Below are positions 30,704 to 32,000 of a stretch of 32,000 nt of DNA, one piece after another. Below the pieces are notes generated by a model. It made no database searches, was not told the DNA's origin, and saw nothing but the letters and a program-made list of their open reading frames with translations. The stretch spans positions 210,001 to 242,000 of the forward strand of contig NZ_CP179200.1 of the NCBI RefSeq assembly GCF_051201565.1, written 5' to 3'. The DNA is from Pseudothioglobus sp. nBUS_23. Lineage in GTDB: Bacteria > Pseudomonadota > Gammaproteobacteria > PS1 > Pseudothioglobaceae. Both the position numbers and the translations under genes were made by a program. Position 1 is the stretch's first letter, and every line of letters starts with the position of its first letter.

Positions 30704-31795
30704 GTGATTGACTGGAATGATGGGAATAAAAGCTCACTCTTCAGCTACTGGCTCAGGGATAACTGCCAGATGCCTGAATCAAGAAACGAGAATAATGGCC
30801 AAAGACTCTTTAGTGTTAAAGACTTACCTGAAGATGTATCCATAGAGAAGGCTTATAAGGATGAAAACGGAGATGTTTGTATCCTATTTCAGCCTGAAAA
30901 TCACTTATCAGTCTTTACGCAAGATTGGCTACTCTCCAATTGCTATGACCTCAATGATCACTTTGATGACAGGAGCGAGAAACAAAAAATGCTCTGGCAA
31001 AAAAATAGTTTTGAGAATGGACTGCCACTAATTGACTATGATTTAATGAGCAAGGATGAGATAAAATTAAAAGCGCTTTGCTCCTTGAGAGACATAGGTT
31101 TTTTTGTTTTAATGGGTGTCCCGACAGTTGAAGGACAAGTATTAAAAGTCATCAGTGAAATGGGTTACACTCGGGAGACCAACTATGGAGCTCTGTTTGA
31201 GGTGAGAACTGAAGTCAACCCAAACAATCTTGCTTATACCAACCTAGGGCTTGGATCTCACACCGATAATCCATACCGAGACCCTGTCCCAACGGTGCAG
31301 CTGCTGCATTGTCTCGAGAGCTCTACCGAGGGCGGAGATTCAATCTTGGTTGACGGCTTTAAGGCCGCCTCAATTCTTCGTGATGAAAGCGAAGAGAGCT
31401 TTCTAACCTTGGCTAGTAACTGGATTAATTATCGATTTACTGATTCTAAAACTGATCTCCGCTCAAGGGTCCCGATGATCGAGTTAAATGACAATCATGA
31501 GATTATCAAGGTCAGATATAACAACCGATCAATCGATACAATTAATGTCCCAAAAGATAAAGTAAGGCTTTTTTATAAGGCCTACCGTCACTGGAGCGAG
31601 GTCATTGAGAGAGACGAATTGAAGATTCAATTCAAGCTTTCTGAGGGGGATTTAATGCTGTTCGATAACACTCGAGTTATGCACGCCAGAACTAAGTTTT
31701 CAAAAACTGGAAAGCGCCACCTACAAGGAGCCTATACAGATTTAGATGGACTTTACAGTCTCCTAAATACATTAGAAGATAAAAAAAATGACTGA
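30704..31795 (+). CDS. Gamma-butyrobetaine hydroxylase-like (BBOX/TmpA-like) Fe(II)/2OG dioxygenase with N-terminal DUF971-type domain; start codon uncertain
   Basis: Strong collinearity with human BBOX1 as I recall it: NLAYTNLGLGSHTDNPYRDPVPTVQLLHCLESSTEGGDSILVDGF versus NVAYTTGKLSFHTDYPALHHPPGVQLLHCIKQTVTGGDSEIVDGF. Further matches are DNTRVMHAR versus DNWRLLHGR, RHLQGAYTDLD versus RHLEGAYADWD, and N-terminal SYWLRDNC versus AVWLRDNC. The frame is open from 30638, and the conserved N-terminal strand appears to start before the first canonical start (GTG 30704). Confidence 0.85.
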   Translation: MIDWNDGNKSSLFSYWLRDNCQMPESRNENNGQRLFSVKDLPEDVSIEKAYKDENGDVCILFQPENHLSVFTQDWLLSNCYDLNDHFDDRSEKQKMLWQKNSFENGLPLIDYDLMSKDEIKLKALCSLRDIGFFVLMGVPTVEGQVLKVISEMGYTRETNYGALFEVRTEVNPNNLAYTNLGLGSHTDNPYRDPVPTVQLLHCLESSTEGGDSILVDGFKAASILRDESEESFLTLASNWINYRFTDSKTDLRSRVPMIELNDNHEIIKVRYNNRSIDTINVPKDKVRLFYKAYRHWSEVIERDELKIQFKLSEGDLMLFDNTRVMHARTKFSKTGKRHLQGAYTDLDGLYSLLNTLEDKKND

Positions 31796-32000
31796 GATTA
31801 CTTCGCAAAATGTTGTAGACCTTATTGAAGATATTTTTCTTCGGCGCGGCGCTGAATCATACCTTGGTGAACAGGTCACGATGGCACAGCACATGCTTCA
31901 AACGGCCCAATGTGCTGAAGAGGCTGGCGCTGATGGTGCTCAAATAGTGGCAGCACTTCTTCATGATATAGGTCATTACAAAAACGAAATTCCTGAGTCA
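31788..32000 (+). CDS. HD-domain protein, PhnZ/TmpB-like candidate (5' fragment; continues beyond the window)
   Basis: Not in the ORF track because it is truncated by the window edge. Manual translation from the ATG at 31788 gives MTEITSQNVVDLIEDIFLRRGAESYLGEQVTMAQHMLQTAQCAEEAGADGAQIVAALLHDIGHYKNEIPES. The pattern YLGE-x6-QH-x-LQ-x-A…AALLHDIGH (His35, then His59-Asp60) fits the N-terminal metal-ligand layout I recall for PhnZ-type HD oxygenases. The ATG overlaps the upstream stop by 8 nt (ATGACTGA). Confidence 0.6.
   Translation, partial: MTEITSQNVVDLIEDIFLRRGAESYLGEQVTMAQHMLQTAQCAEEAGADGAQIVAALLHDIGHYKNEIPES

Overview
AT-rich, very gene-dense bacterial chromosome segment. Gene order looks gammaproteobacterial (Pseudomonadales-like): fabA-fabB, folC-cvpA-purF-metZ, yajC-secD-secF, gshA and mnmE. 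The exact taxon cannot be assigned without a 16S database search. The window holds one complete rrn operon at about 3.9-9.4 kb: promoter, boxA, 16S, tRNA-Ile(GAT), tRNA-Ala(UGC), boxA, 23S, 5S and an intrinsic terminator. I call 27 protein-coding genes, two of them cut by the window edges. One is a Nudix/ThiE-like fusion at 1-747 that is missing from the ORF track, and the other is an HD-domain gene at 31788-32000. Most genes are core housekeeping: translation, Sec translocon, fatty-acid, purine, pyrimidine, folate, methionine and glutathione metabolism, and DNA repair. I saw no CRISPR array, transposase, integrase, phage or recognisable defence genes. Two loci are not housekeeping and deserve follow-up. 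(1) At 29.7-32.0 kb a PhyH-family dioxygenase is followed by a gamma-butyrobetaine-hydroxylase-like Fe/2OG dioxygenase whose stop overlaps the start of an HD-domain gene. That pairing matches the PhnY/PhnZ and TmpA/TmpB oxidative C-P bond cleavage pathways. (2) At 10.5-15.4 kb a translationally coupled module encodes a 12-TM HpnN/MMPL-type RND exporter, a secreted LolA-like protein and a putative outer-membrane beta-barrel. It has no membrane-fusion or TolC partner, and the RND and barrel proteins share a short acidic D-x-W-S-D-D motif. Other observations are extreme intergenic compaction, an enlarged CvpA, an orphan NfeD and a start-codon problem in the BBOX-like gene. All functional calls rest on my reading of the translated ORFs and recalled family motifs. 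No database search was run.
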